A stretch of DNA of 64,000 bases from the NCBI RefSeq assembly GCF_964355755.1, contig NC_092670.1:40970388-41034387 (forward strand). The letters are read 5' to 3'. This DNA comes from Antedon mediterranea (taxonomy: Eukaryota; Animalia; Echinodermata). Below, in pieces: positions 12,201 to 27,200 of this stretch (the stretch's first letter is position 1; every line of letters begins with the position of its first letter). Below the pieces are notes generated by a model. That model was given only the letters and a program-made list of their open reading frames with translations, did not search any database and was not told the DNA's origin. The translations under genes and the position numbers were made by a program.

Positions 12201-15200
12201 GGCAAATATTGTCATATCCAGCTCAATTGTAAGTACTATCAACCTGACCAACTAACCAACTTAATTGGAGAGCTCAGTAACGTGAAACACTTTTCTTCCC
12301 TGCATATTAATTCTAGAAGTTTACTTCATAACATTGATTCTTTCAAATTATTTTTAACCAATGTAAATTATGATTTCGATATAATTGCAGTCTCGGAAAC
12401 CTGGTTGAAAGATGATAATCCATTAACCAATATCTCCAGTTATTCTTTCATTTCAAAAAACAGACTTGGGCGGGCTGGTGGAGGTGTAGGGCTGTATGTT
12501 CGAAATAACAATGTGTTCAAAGAGAGAACTGATCTTTTCCTAGACCCCTCCCTATGCGACTCCCTTTTTATTGAACTTGAACTTGAATCCAATCAAAACA
12601 TTATTGTTGGTGTAATCTATAGGGCACCATCTCTTGATACGAATGCTTTTATTGACGCTTTTGATCTCCTGTTAAATAATATAGCAAAAACCAACAAAGA
12701 AATTTACTTATTAGGTGATTTTAACATTGACCTACTTAAACATCAGTCCGATAATCAATCCAACAATTTTGTTAACTCTGTCTTTAGTAATTTCCTTTTA
12801 CCCTTAATCAATAGACCAACTCGTATTACCCGAACATCAGCAACATTAATTGACAACATATTATCTAATCAAATTGAATCATCAAGTCTATCTGGACTTT
12901 TCTATAGTGACATTAGTGATCATTTGCCCATTTTTAACATTACACCCTTATCAAATATACCAAACCGTCCCAAAAACTATGTAAGCCCTAATCATACCTA
13001 CAGAAAATTTAACGAAACAAATATTTCAAACATAAACAACGATTTGTCTAACATGAATTGGACTGGTGTTTATGGTACGGATGATCCTAATGTTGCTTTA
13101 CTTTCATTTGAAACTGAATTCAAACGACTGTATGATAAACATTTTCCAATTCAAGAGCAGTCTGCAGGGAAAAAAAAAATAAAGACCTGGATGACGGATG
13201 AACTCTTAAATTCAATAAAGCATAAACAAAAACTGTATTCCAAATCCCTCCGCTATCCGAATGACAAAAACATAAATGAATATAAGCAATTCCGTAACTC
13301 CCTTAACTCTTTAATAAAATTAACAAAACGCGATTATTATGAAAAAAAGTTTAAGCAGCAGAAAGATAATATCAAAGGAACATGGACAATTATAAATAGT
13401 CTCATAAAAACGAATGAAAGTAAGCATTTCGAAGAGTCCACTATAAATTGCGAAGGAAACTTAACGAATGATCCCAACATAATTTCAAATCATTTAAATA
13501 ATTTTTTTGTTAATATTGGACCTACTCTCGCCAAAAATATAGACACATCTAATGCAAATTTTAAAGATTACCTCCCTCCGCCATCCATAAATTCTTTATT
13601 TCTCAATCCTGTGACTGCTTTTGAGATTATGGATATTGTTATGCGCCTCAAAAATAGTAAAGCACCTGGCATTGATGATATTAACCCGTCTATTATTAAA
13701 CAACTTATCCCTTTTATTTCCGAACCCCTCTGCTACATTTTCAATCTTTGTTTTGTAAATGGCACCTTTCCTGACACCCTTAAACTAGCTAAAGTAACTC
13801 CTATTTTTAAAACTGGTGACAAATCTGATTCCAGTAATTACCGTCCTATATCAGTGCTACCGATCTTTTCCAAAATACTTGAACGCCTTATTTATGATCG
13901 AACATACAATTATCTTCAAAAAAATAGTATACTTTACAATAAACAATTTGGCTTTCGTAAGAACTATAATACATCCACCGCACTTCTTCAATTAACAAAT
14001 GAAATTGTTGGGGCTTTCGAGAGGGGTGAATTTGCCATTGGTATTTTCATTGACCTCTCGAAGGCCTTTGATACAATTGATCACGATATTTTATTATATA
14101 AGTTACATACTTATGGAATCCGTGGCCCTGTATATAATTTATTCAAAAGCTACCTTTCAAACCGCAAGCAATGCACTAAATTTAAACACACCCTTTCTGA
14201 TTTTCTTCCTATTATTTGTGGAGTCCCTCAAGGTTCCCTGCTTGGGCCTCTATTATTTTTATTATACATAAATGATATCCATAATGCCTCAAATATGTTT
14301 TCTTTTCTGTTGTATGCTGATGACACAACCCTTATTTACACTGATAAAAATATAGATTCCCTTTTTAAAATATCAACCGAAAATCTACCCAAAATTTTAA
14401 CATACTTTTCTGCAAACAAACTTTCTGTTAATCTAAAAAAGTGCTGTTGTATGGTGTTCAAAAATTCACAAATACCACTAAATACTAGTACTTTTAAACT
14501 AAAAATTAAAGATCAATTAATACCTATTGTTGAGAAAACTAAATTTCTTGGTGTTTATCTGGACTGTAAGCTAAATTGGAAACATCAGATTACTCAAGTC
14601 GAAAACAAAATATCCAAAAGTTCTGGTATCATATATAGATTATCATCTTTCATCCCTCAAAACATACTCCGGATTCTTTACTGTTCACTAATCCTCCCGT
14701 ACCTCACTTACTGTAATATTATTTGGGGTAATACATACCCGTCCTACTTAAACAAACTGTTATTGATCCAAAAGAAAACCGTAAGATACATAGCAAATGC
14801 TCCTCCTTTATCCCATTCCAATCCTTTATTTTCTTCATTTGGTCTTCTTAAAATTCAGGATATTAACCATCTTCAACAAAGTGTTTTCCTCTATTCATGG
14901 CTAAACTCGATCCTGCCATCACACTTTAATGATTTATTTAGTTTCAATCTTAATTTTCATAACCACAGTACTCGGAGCGCAAATCAAATACGTATTCCTT
15001 TTTTTAAAACTACTTCTTTTAAACATAGCATTAAGTTCACTGGTCCTAAACTTTGGGATAATGTACCAGTTAATATAAAAAGTGCTTTGTCTAAGAAGAG
15101 TTTTTCTTTTAAATTGAAACGGCACCTCTTATCTAGTTATGTTTAATTATCCTTTCACTCATTGTAGTTTTGATATTTAGTCTTTTCGGTACCCTGAATC

Positions 15201-18200
15201 TAAAAGTCTTCATTACTGTTTTTGTCCTGTTTCCGGTTCCCGTGTTGTCCTGTTTTTTTTTTTTTTCATTTTCTATGGGCTGCCTTATACAAGCTTTGCT
15301 TTTTAGGAATGTTGCCCCTCTTATTTCAATAATTTTTACTGCTAATTTTTATTTTCTATGAAAGACAAGAGAAATAAATGTTACTTTGATTGATTGATTG
15401 ATTGATTGATACAGAACTGAGATTCAGGTAAAGAACTGTTTTTTTCTGGTCAGTGGGTCATTCAACTATGAACAGGCTGATCAAACATCTTTCAGCACTG
15501 TACTCCCATCCTTGGATCCATCTGCACTTACATGAGAAGATAATCACATTCCAACAGACAAAATGACTACAACAAATTCAATAGATTGACAAGCTTCCGA
15601 AGTAAAATTAGGAAACTTTTCAAAAATAGAAGCCTTAATTGATCAATCGTCAAAATTTGAAAGTATAAAATCTTTCCTGTCAAGATTGTATTTAAAATTG
15701 CTTGAAGGTAAAAACTCATTACCAGCTGTTTTTGAGAATATTCAAAAATTAATTAGCTTCTAGAAATAATTTCTGATTGATATTTTGTAAATGAAATTAA
15801 TCATATTGTTTCCACTTTTAAAATATTAACTATTTAGAAGTTTAATTTGAAGGAAGTTGCAAGGTATGAAAAGAATGCAATAATGGATGGATAGAGTGAA
15901 AGAAAAAACAAATAAAGAGAATAGGAAGGACGTGAGTAGCAGAATAATAAAAGAGGGATTTAATTTCAAAGTAGAATAGAGTGGGAAAAGCGAGGTAGTT
16001 AATAAATAAGAGTGGAAAATCATTTAGGATGTAATGAAGTCGAGAAATTAGAGTGAACAAAAAAGGAGGAAGTTGTTATAGGGTTCAGAATGCTAGAAAT
16101 GATTGAAAGAAAAAAAATCACACCATAAGACCGTTTCTATTTTTTTTAAACTTCATTTAGAGAACAATTCCCTTCCATCTGAACTCATAAGTTTAAAAAG
16201 CCAGCTGATATCAAGGGGCCAGCTGATATCAAGGGGCCAGCTGATATCAAGGGGCCAGCTGATATCAAAGGGCCAGCTGATATCAAGGGGCCAGCTGATA
16301 TCAAGGGGCCAGCTGATATCAAGGGGCTAGCTGATATCAAGGGGCCAGCTGATATCAAGGGGCCAGCTGATATCAAGGGGCCAGCTGATATCAAGGGGCC
16401 AGCTGATACAGCTCTCCAATATAAGCAAATAAGAACCTAATAATTAAAGGTAGAATGATAATAATAGAAAAATAATAAGATAAATAAATCGATAAATATA
16501 TTTAAAATTGTGTAATAATAACAATCGGTAAGTAAACATAAAATAATCATTTAATGTTATTAAATTGAAATAACGTCTTAATAACTATGTATTTAATTAA
16601 TTAAATCATTGAATTATTACAGTTTTATTTATTGCTGAATGAGACTTTAATGGTGTTTAGTGATAGTGTTCCAACAACACAAATTAATGTGTTAATATAA
16701 TAATCTAATTAAAAGTAAGTTAATGTTGATGTGATGATGAAGTCTTGTACATGTCTTTATTACCAAACATCTTATCATTTATCAACAAGACATGCCTAAT
16801 AAGATTATAATAATCTTGTTCTCACCTTGATCAATTTATTTAATCTTGTAGTGATCCAGCAGGTATGTGCTTTACTTCCTATGGAAGGGTTGTTGGTTCA
16901 AGTCCTCATTAGGGTCAAGGGTATTGGTATAACAAGACAGGATATGAACAAACTAGTATTTGCCATTGACAACATTAAGCTAAATATACCGCCTGTTCTA
17001 TAGATATTACAATTTAACTCTAAACAATTATAAATGGATGGAGACATAAGCATAGACTTTAGCATCAGAAAACGTCTTATCCGACTGCTAAAGTACAGGT
17101 CACAGGGGCTAGCACATTTTATACACAAGGGACACTTTTAAATTGAGAAAAGTAGTGAAAACAGGAAAGTACCCTTTTCTTGTTAGGCATCCATCAGTAT
17201 ATATGGAGCCTTTACAACAACAACAAAATATTACAAAAAATGTGTTGAAATTATTCCCTCAAAGTGAACTTTATTCAAAAATTAAAATGTTTTCTAGTTT
17301 TTCTCCTTCCTTATTAAGTAAAAGATTGTAGAGTCATAAACAAACAGTAAGTATTCACCCTTACAGTAGATGCAGCTATTGTTGACATGTAATGATGCTA
17401 TCATAAAAACTTATGGGGAAACGTAGGCTAGTCCTATAGTTTGGTACTACATACTAACTAGAGGGTTCGAATCCAGAAGTAACTTCGAAGCAAATCTGTT
17501 TGTAAACCGAAACTGGAAGATTGTTTTAAACTAGTGCTAAGAGACACTGAAAACAATAACAGAGTTCTGTAGTCAATGTATCCCCGATGGTTATTTAAAA
17601 AAAAGTATTTGCATTGTGTCCACCTGACTGAATTAAGTATAATTTTATATAGGCCTAAATACATAATTGAATACTACAGAATAAACTGTTACCTTTCTTG
17701 GGCCTCACTACCTTTCATAATCAGTCAAAAGAGAAGGGGAAATGGAACGCCGAGTAGACCTACCATTCTTTAATCAGTCTAGCCAACAACATTATGATAA
17801 CTCAAACTGAAAATCTTAAATTTAATTTAATTAACATTCTGAATTAACCTCAGTTTCAAGTAGTTATAAACAAAATAAAGTTAGAATGTAAATAGAGGAT
17901 TACATTTATAGAATGTTTCATTTGATTCTGACTCAAGTAGGCCATGCTCACAATGATAGACACAAGTAAGTAGGCCATGCTCACAATGATAGACACAAAT
18001 AACTCAATTCAATTTAAATAACATTTAATAATTTAAAAGCTATTTATAAAATTATATTCGAGTGTGAGGGTTGGAGTTCCTGCTGTTTATTATTTTAAAA
18101 GTTTTTAAATGTCCTAAATTTTAAAATGAGTAATATTTTACAGCATCTGTCAATCATATGTGGATACAATGAACACTAATTTTATATTCCAGTGTGCCAG

Positions 18201-21200
18201 GCCTATCAAGGATTCTATGCACTTTTAATTGTTTTCTGTTTAAACTAAATGTGATAATCACATCACATTAATTGCCTGAAATTAACTTGAATATAAGGAA
18301 AATAAATAATTAAGTTGTCATTAGCATTTTAGTAAAGACTTAGTAGTCAAGGTTACTTAGCATTGTGATGTATATGAACATTAATATAAGAATATTGAAT
18401 ATTACTTTTCACATGTATTTTCAGGTTTGGAGAGTCATATCCCTTTGATTGTAATCTCTATCAGCTGTTTCTCAGCTACCTTGGTTAAGCCATAACATTT
18501 TGAATACTATTTTTGCATACCAAAACTCCAGAGTTTACTACTCTGGCACACACACATCAAACAAAACGTTGGTGTTGGCGCCCCTGGGTGTGTGAATTAG
18601 ACTTAACAGCAGAGATGGAAAAAACTGAACATTTATTTTTTTAAATTTATTGTAATCTAAAATCGAGAGACGGTAGCAATTCTAGTTCAAAAGTTCATCT
18701 TTTCTTCAATCAAATTTAATTATTAATAGTTTTGTCATTATCTTTGTCATTATCTTCACCTGACTCATCTTGTCACTTTTAACATGAAATAAAGTATTTT
18801 TATATCAGCTTTACATAGTAATCACCTGATTCTCAGTACATACTGTATGGCATTAATAAATGATACAGTTTCACATGTGATACAATGTGACACCGTATTA
18901 CACAATTTGCCTAGAACACAGTACAAATTATAAATAAATACAGAGAATAAGCTATACACATGGCATTATACTGTACGATATGATACAATATTATTGTCAT
19001 TTTAACAATGAGGTACAAATGAAATTTTGTTGGTTTACATTTTGATTTATATACAATACCAGTATCTTGGCAAATGCAGTGCATCACATGGCGGTGCCTG
19101 CATTGCAGTATGTTAATGCTTATGGCCTATAAATGATACAGGGTATCACATGTGACATATGTGACTCTGTATTTCACAATTTGCCTAGAACGATGTACAA
19201 AAATGTGTTGATAAACAAGTTAAAAGTACACCTAATTAAATATGAATTAATTCTTAGGAGTTGCAAGTCATATTACTGTCTGTTAAATAATTATATTTCA
19301 TGGTTAAACAAATTGCCATCGTGATAAATATTAAATCATGATAATTATATTTGATAAATGTCCTTGTGAATGGCTCTAAGATGACCATTGTGAGAGCAGT
19401 TGCTGCAATAATTATGATTAAAAGTTTGAAGTTAAAACTTTGTATAAATAAGGGTTATGGTCTTTTTCTTGAGTGATAATTGTTGCCGCAATAATTGTCT
19501 TTGTTTAATATTTAAAATATTGATGAATAAGGCAAATATACAGGTTATTAAATTTATGGAAATAAATGGCGGGACAGCATCAAACAAAAACATCTGATTA
19601 TAAAAACTGGGGAATCTCACTTTCTAAAGTAATAATGGAAACAGTATACCGTACATCCCCGGGTATAATCCCACTTCACTCTGGGTCTAATCCTACCCCC
19701 TACTTTATGTCTGATTACATAAACAGGCACATCCCTGGGTGTAGTCCCAGTATTGACTTTTGGTCTGAACTGTATCAAGTTCAGATGAGTTTTTACAAGA
19801 AATGTTTACCAATAATTTTTTTTCCAGAACCAAGGGTTTCTCCAGGTAAAGTCCGACCCCCAATTTCATGTTCTAGTACTTGAATTATACCAGAGGATAT
19901 ACGGTATGTTCACAACCAGATAGATAAAGAGTCTCATTTGAGGCTTAGTGGAGTTGTGACTTATAACCCTGGCACTATGTCAGAATTGAACCCTGGATCT
20001 TGGGATTGGAAAGCAATTTTTAACCACCAAGCTACAGCTCCACTACAATATGAAGAAGTCCATCCCTTAAAAATGATATAAAATAGTAATATCACGCGGA
20101 GAGGATCCCTGACGGTATCATGACTGGAAAAAAGAAATACTAAATACGAGGGCAGGAAAATGATCACTAATACCAAACAGCTGCAGAACCTATGTACAAA
20201 ATCCTTGCATTTCAAACAAAAAATGGTCATATAAGCTAAGCTAAGGTTTGCACACGTTTCAGCATTAGAAGTCAATGCCACAAAGTAACTTACTTGGGGA
20301 AGGACAGGGGCAAGGGTGCCAACTGTGTATAGTTAAATAAACCCCTCTATATTCATCCTCGTTCTCACACTCATCAAAGTAAAGCTGTACAGCAACAAGT
20401 AAACAATTAATATATGTGTACTGTGTTTCAGATGTCAGTATGAATAAGTATCTATCTTAAAATATCAGACATGTTGTATGTGAACATTAGGACAAGTTCT
20501 AAATATAGATCACAATCATACACATGGCAACATTGTCTTTGTGAAAGTTTACAATCATCAGAGGGCTACCCTACTGAAAGAAAACGAAATATATATATGC
20601 ATTTGTGAATAGGCTGAAGCGTCCTAGAATTAAAAGAAAAACAAATCTTGGAAATGTGTTATTTGCACTGTTCAAAATATCAGGCCTACATTATATATGC
20701 AAAGGGAACTTTTTCCTATAGATAACCATCATGAAGCTCTGTCTACACTATCAAACCTTATGTGACAAACGTGATGAGTCCATATGGACATGATGATGTC
20801 ATATAACTACCATATTTGGGCACATCATGCTTTTTGGTAAAACTAGTTTGATAGTGTAGACAGAGCTTAAGTTTGTATATTACACGAAGATGAAACAATA
20901 TACAGATATTGACTGCTTAGAGGTTAAATATAAGATTAGACATCCCCGAGGGAATGATATTATGTTCGAGGGAATATATAATTCCCAAGAACTTAATATC
21001 ATTCCCGAGGGGATGTCTAATCTTATATTTTACCGATATAAAAGGTGATATCTGTTATATTACATAGCCAACAACAAGTAGAATATCAGGCTGCTGGGTC
21101 GGGTAGCTAGGCTAGGCCTCCTTTTTGTATTGTATGTAAACAAGCTGCCCAGACACCTTACCTTTCGAAGAATAATATACAGATAATTACTAATTAATGA

Positions 21201-24200
21201 TTCCTTGACAATAACATATTCACTAGCCTAGGTCGTTTAAATAATTACAGAAGAATTTCCATCAATAAGCCTACATTAATAATACTAATATTATAATATC
21301 CGGTAGGCCGAATAAATAATAATTCGTCTTCTTTCGAGCCAAATCACCAGATGTTCAGTGCGTCGCGCGCGTACCCCAATCACAAACTGTGTTTCATCAC
21401 ATCTAGGGAGGACTAAAAATAAATGAGGGCGCTATGTATGCATAGTTTAAATAGTTTAGATGACTAATTTCGTCAAGCAAGTTCCATGTCGCAGCGCATG
21501 AAGCGTTGTCTTGTGATGGAGTGACAATTTCATCGCGAGTTCAAGTAGTTGACTTTTGTTTATTTATCGGCAAACGCGAGTGTTGCCACACGAAAATTAC
21601 ACACTCAATATCATCGTACTCGAGAATTTATATGATTAGTGATAGGGACACGATAATTACGCAAAAATTACTCAGTCAATATCATCGTTCTCGAGGATAT
21701 ATACGATTTACGATCCTCGCAGCGGAAGTCATGTGATGCAGTTTCAACCAATCACATTCGCGTATTTACATAGGCTATGTAATAACAATGTATAGTTTCT
21801 TTCCTCATACTCATTCAAGTATGCTTAAAAACAAACACAAGCATGTAATTCATATTCATATAGAATTAAATTTGGGAAAAAATATGACGTCTATTAAAAA
21901 GTTTCATTACCTTCAAAACAATTGTTGGTAATCATAATGTGACTAGATGGCAATATTGTGCTTTCAACAACACACCACCGAAACTTAAAATATCTTTCAA
22001 AATCATTGAAAAATAATTTGATTTATTAGTAAAAACTCTTTGAATCCTCAGGGGGACTGTTTATATCTTGAAAGTAACCAGATGGATTAGTGACACCGGT
22101 AACTGCTAGAAATCAACATACCCTGAAGGTTACCAGGGTAACACTAGGGATGTCACTGGGGACTAACAGACTTGGTCATCCAAATATTTGTCAATCGAAT
22201 ACTTACAGAGAAATTATAATTGTTGAAATTCAAGGCTAGAAATTGCATAGAACAATAGTATTAATATTCTATATAATCAAAAATACAAGGTGACAAGTTG
22301 TCACCTTGTATTCACAAGTTATATTATAGTGAAGAGGGTGGGTCTTTACTGTACCTCTAGTTATTGTCTTTTTTATGTTGTTAGACCACCAGTCGGCATT
22401 TCAATTTTGTCCTGGCATTTCTGATATATTATAAGTATGAAACGACATGTGTGCCAAAATATCTTTCTACCCAAATTAAGTTGAAATGTCATCTAGAACA
22501 TTCACATGGTACAGTAGTATACTACTGTACTAAAATACATTATGTCCCATATATGGACATGATGATGTCATATCATTACCATATTTGGGCACATCACACT
22601 TATTTTGTCAATTTATTTTGATATTGTAGACAGAGCTTTACACACATCAATCTTGCTTGTGTTTTGTATTTTAATGATGTATTTTATCTGTATTTTACCA
22701 AACCTGCCAACTATTCCTTGTCAGTTCATTTTCAAAACTCAAGAAAATCAACTAAGTAGTATAATCCCTTCTTGTGTAAGTGGATGCCTGTTGAATTGTG
22801 GGACTATCACACATACCCAGTTGCATGTCACCTAAATGAATGTTTCCTTAAAGCATACCTACAAAGTTTATGTTTTAAAAATATTCAAACCCAGAGGAAA
22901 TACTGGGTTTTGTCTACATTACAAAACAGAAAGTTCAGATAAATTGGAAAAGTACATGTGGTGAAGTGTGTACTGAACTTTCATGTTGCTTCACTGCCAT
23001 GTTATACAAATATTTCCTCCAAGCATGAATTTCTTGGCAAGCCAGACCATGTTTTTAAGTGTGTACTTATGTATCAATTTTAATTTTAGATTGCAAAGCT
23101 GGTCTACTGTGTAGGTAAGTCAGTTACTATGTTATGCGAAACTTTGGTACAATGGAGCTTCAATATAATCTATATTAGGATTAGGAAATCACATTAGAAT
23201 GTGTCCAACCATCACACAATATAAGAATGTAGCAGTATATATATAAAATAAACTCAAGTCATAATATTGCGAATTAAAAAATGGCTTGTCCCTCTTTTTT
23301 TTTTTAAGTTTGTTTTATTTAATATAGGAATGTTGTTGAAGCAAAATTAAACATAAATGCTATTGAACCATAAACCTAATTTAATTCATAGGTCCATAAC
23401 ATTCAAAGGTCCATCAATAAACCATGTCGTTGAAGCAAAATTAAACATAAATGCTATTGAACCATGAACCTAATTTAATTCATAGGTCTATAACATTCAA
23501 AGGTCCATCAATTCATAGGTCTATAACATTCAAAGGTCCATCAATTCATAGGTCTATAACATTCAAATGTCCATCAATTCATAGGTCTATAACATTCAAA
23601 TGTCCATCAATTCATAGGTCTATAACATTCAAAGGTCCATCAATAAACCATGAAGGTATGATTAATGTAGTTTACAATTCTCTGTATAAAAACAAGACTA
23701 AAGCTCTGTCTACACTATCAAAGTTTATGTGCCAAATGTGGAGTCACATCACTACCATTTGGGTATCACTAACATATTTGTGTATATCAGTACCATATTT
23801 GGGTATATTACTACCATATTTGGGCACATCACAGTTTTAGTTTTTAGATAGTGTAGACAGAGCTTTAGTTAAACAAAGAGTAGACTTTAAAACAGAAACA
23901 TAGTTTGTGTTGTTGCAGTTATTTGTTTAATTATAAAGTAAGTAGCCTTAGGCTTACCATTCTCTTTGGTTTCTCTTTCCATGCCAGTCTTTCTTCCTGT
24001 GTGAATCGACAACTTAAGGCAGTTAAGATTTGGGTGCATGTTAACCTCCACACGACTTTCGCAATGTATTGAAAATGATCTGCAAATAGTAAATCAATGG
24101 AAATTATTGTTAATTGAATTATCATTTTCTTCACATATTATTATGCATTCACCTATTTTTCGTATACTACTGTCTATACAAGATATATGAACTCATGAAC

Positions 24201-27200
24201 TTTACCATATAGTTTCATCTAAAGCTCTGTCTACACTATCAAACTAGTTTTTGTGCCCAAATATGGTAGTGATATGATGTCATCGTGTCTATATATCTCA
24301 CACTATTTACCAAATTATAAAAGAATATTTATGGATCAGGAAAAATAAAATACCATTAATAGGGACGACGGTGGGTTCTCGCATATGACCAACTCATTTC
24401 ACCTAAAAAGCTGAAGAACTTCGGCAAATTGCAGACCAAGTTTGCCAATAGGGGGCGCTGCTCTCCAACTAGCAAAGCTACTCCTAGCAACCACTAACAT
24501 CTAGTCATTGCCAGATGAAAACTTGTTGAAAACAAGTTGAAACACATACGTATATATTACTGGTTTAACATAAAGAAGTATGTACAGATATTAACAGTTT
24601 GGTTTCCAACTGTTCGTGTATATTGAGTAATCAAACATAATGAACAGAGTCTTGTACATCAGCTATGAGAATCTTAATGTCAACGTGAATGCTTTTACTA
24701 TTTTTACACTTTTTATGATCATGTATCATTGTATTTTGAATATTGATTTAGCTTTTTGCTTTTATCCATTGAGATTCACAACCCAATATTGTCATTTTTT
24801 TTGGTATTTTACTGTTTTAATTTATAATTTAAGATATCTATACTACTGTCAGTATTTTAATCCAGTCTATGATATGTATTAATCATATCTGTTATCCTTT
24901 ATTTTCATGTGAAATACTGTATTTTACCAATTTCTGATATTTACTATTAGCATGATTATGTTATTATTATTTATTACAGCGTTCAATCCATGCTCATAGG
25001 GTTTTACCATATAAATTGATTTGAAATCATAGAACACAATTAACATGCAATTAATAGTGTAAAGCATACATGAGCAAATTGTACTCATCATCTAACAAGC
25101 ATCCTGTTATTGTTAAGCCCAGATGATACAAAAAAGAAAGGAGGACTATGATTGGCTAATAGTTGATGACCAGACATCATAGCCAGTATACCCTGGATTT
25201 GGTAACATTGCGTGCTGGGCTGACACCCTCATTGGAAACAAGGTTATTAGACAGGATGACTAAGGGTCTAACCCCTGGAGAGAAAATTATTTGGGAGGCC
25301 TAAAAAGTAAGCTTTCTCCACAGACAGATGTGAGTCAAAGGGGTTCATTACTACTAAAGCCCTGTGAAGCACCCTAGTGATTGTATGGCTTAGAAATAGG
25401 ATTAATTTTTCTGACCATCTTAAATCTGTCTAGCCTTGATTATATAGAAGTTGTGTTTAACCAATGCTAGTATGATCAAATGCAAGAGGAGAAGCTTAAA
25501 CTCTATCTTCACTATCAAACTTTATATGACAAAAAAATGTGACGTGCCAATATATAGACATGATGATGTCATATCACTACCATATTTGGGCATATCACTA
25601 CCATATTTGGGCACATCACACTTTTTGTCATACTGGTTTGATAGTGTAGACAGAGCTTTACTAATATTGTTTGATAACAAGTTGGAAGAAGAACACTGCA
25701 AACGATTGGTTTCAGATATCCGAACACTGAATTAAAAGGTTTTGTAATTGTACTGATAACTGTGGCACCATACTGGCTGTTAATAATATAATTATATCAA
25801 ATAACTATTGTCAAAAGAACCCATGATTTAAAATGTATTTTAGGTAATTAAAACTGTAAATTTCTTAATAGCCTGTACACTGACCTCTTGACCGTAATCA
25901 GATAAATTGACTTTTAGTGTCATATCCAATACAAAGAAAGATTTTGTTAGTTTAAAACTAAAATAAATTAATTTAATTAAAATAATTTGATCATAACAAA
26001 TGATAACAGTAATGAATCAGCATTTCTTATAAACACTTGTTTACATTTCACAGGTAACTGTCGAACCACAGATTGAATTTCAGAAAAGTAACTTATTTCT
26101 GCTTTAAATTAAGTAATTTGGTGAAATATGAACACGCATTAATTTATGAAAATAGCCTCACATATATCTAGGAGCTTGAGAGTGTTTTGATAATAGCACA
26201 ATTTAGTGAAGACGCAATTATTTGCGGTTTAGAAAGTTACGGTGAAAAAAAACAACTAAATAATTATTTTGTACTTTTACTATCGTTGCCTCAGTATTGG
26301 TTAAGTGTATGAATGCGATTTGATTTGTGAATTGATGGAAATACTTTGAAAATGCGATTTTGGATCTAAAGGGTTCAGCAACACAAAAAACAAAATGGAA
26401 AACTCTTTCCAGAATATCTCTTTACAAGATTTTTTCGACAGTGACTCTTATTGGTATTACTCGATGCTAATTTATGCATCTCAATCCTCTGTCTACGCAA
26501 TATTGCTAAAAATATTTGGATTATTTGCCATATTTGGTAATTTGTTTGTGATGTTGGTTATTATTTCTACAAAAACGTTACACACTCCAAGTAACTTTTT
26601 ATTGTGTAACCTCGCGGTCATTGACTTCACAACTGGAACTCTAATGGTCATCATGTCTGAATATGTTTCTGTAGATTATTTGACTGAATTTACGATTTTA
26701 GGAACAATTGCAATTGTATGCTTAAGTACGTCACTTTTAAATTTATTCTACGTTGGATTAGATCGAATATTAACTCTTTCATTTCCGATGAAATATTTGA
26801 ACATTAGAGATGAAGTAAAAACCAGGTTGTTCATCACTGCAACGTGGATAGGCGGAATACTTCAAACGTTTCTCTACATGTCCACACCTGAATCTGACAT
26901 AGTTGAATGTGAAGGCCTTGTATACAATATGACAACTGATGATGTAATATTGTTGGCAATATGGGGTGCTACAGAAACAGCTACAGTTTCAATCAATATC
27001 AAAGTTTATTTTATTGCATTGAAACAAGCAAGACAGATAGCTGTATCACAAAACAGACAAAAAAGTACAGTTAACATAAAAGCAGTTAAATCCACCATGC
27101 TGATGCTTGCAGTTTTTATTTTGTGTTATTTTCCATGTTTTATGTTTGAAATCTCATTATATTACTGTTATAACTCAGGATTAACGCAATCAATTGCTCT

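Noticed and set aside
16103-16394. LISRGQ / ISAGPL repeat ORFs
   Set aside because: Translations of the 18-bp minisatellite
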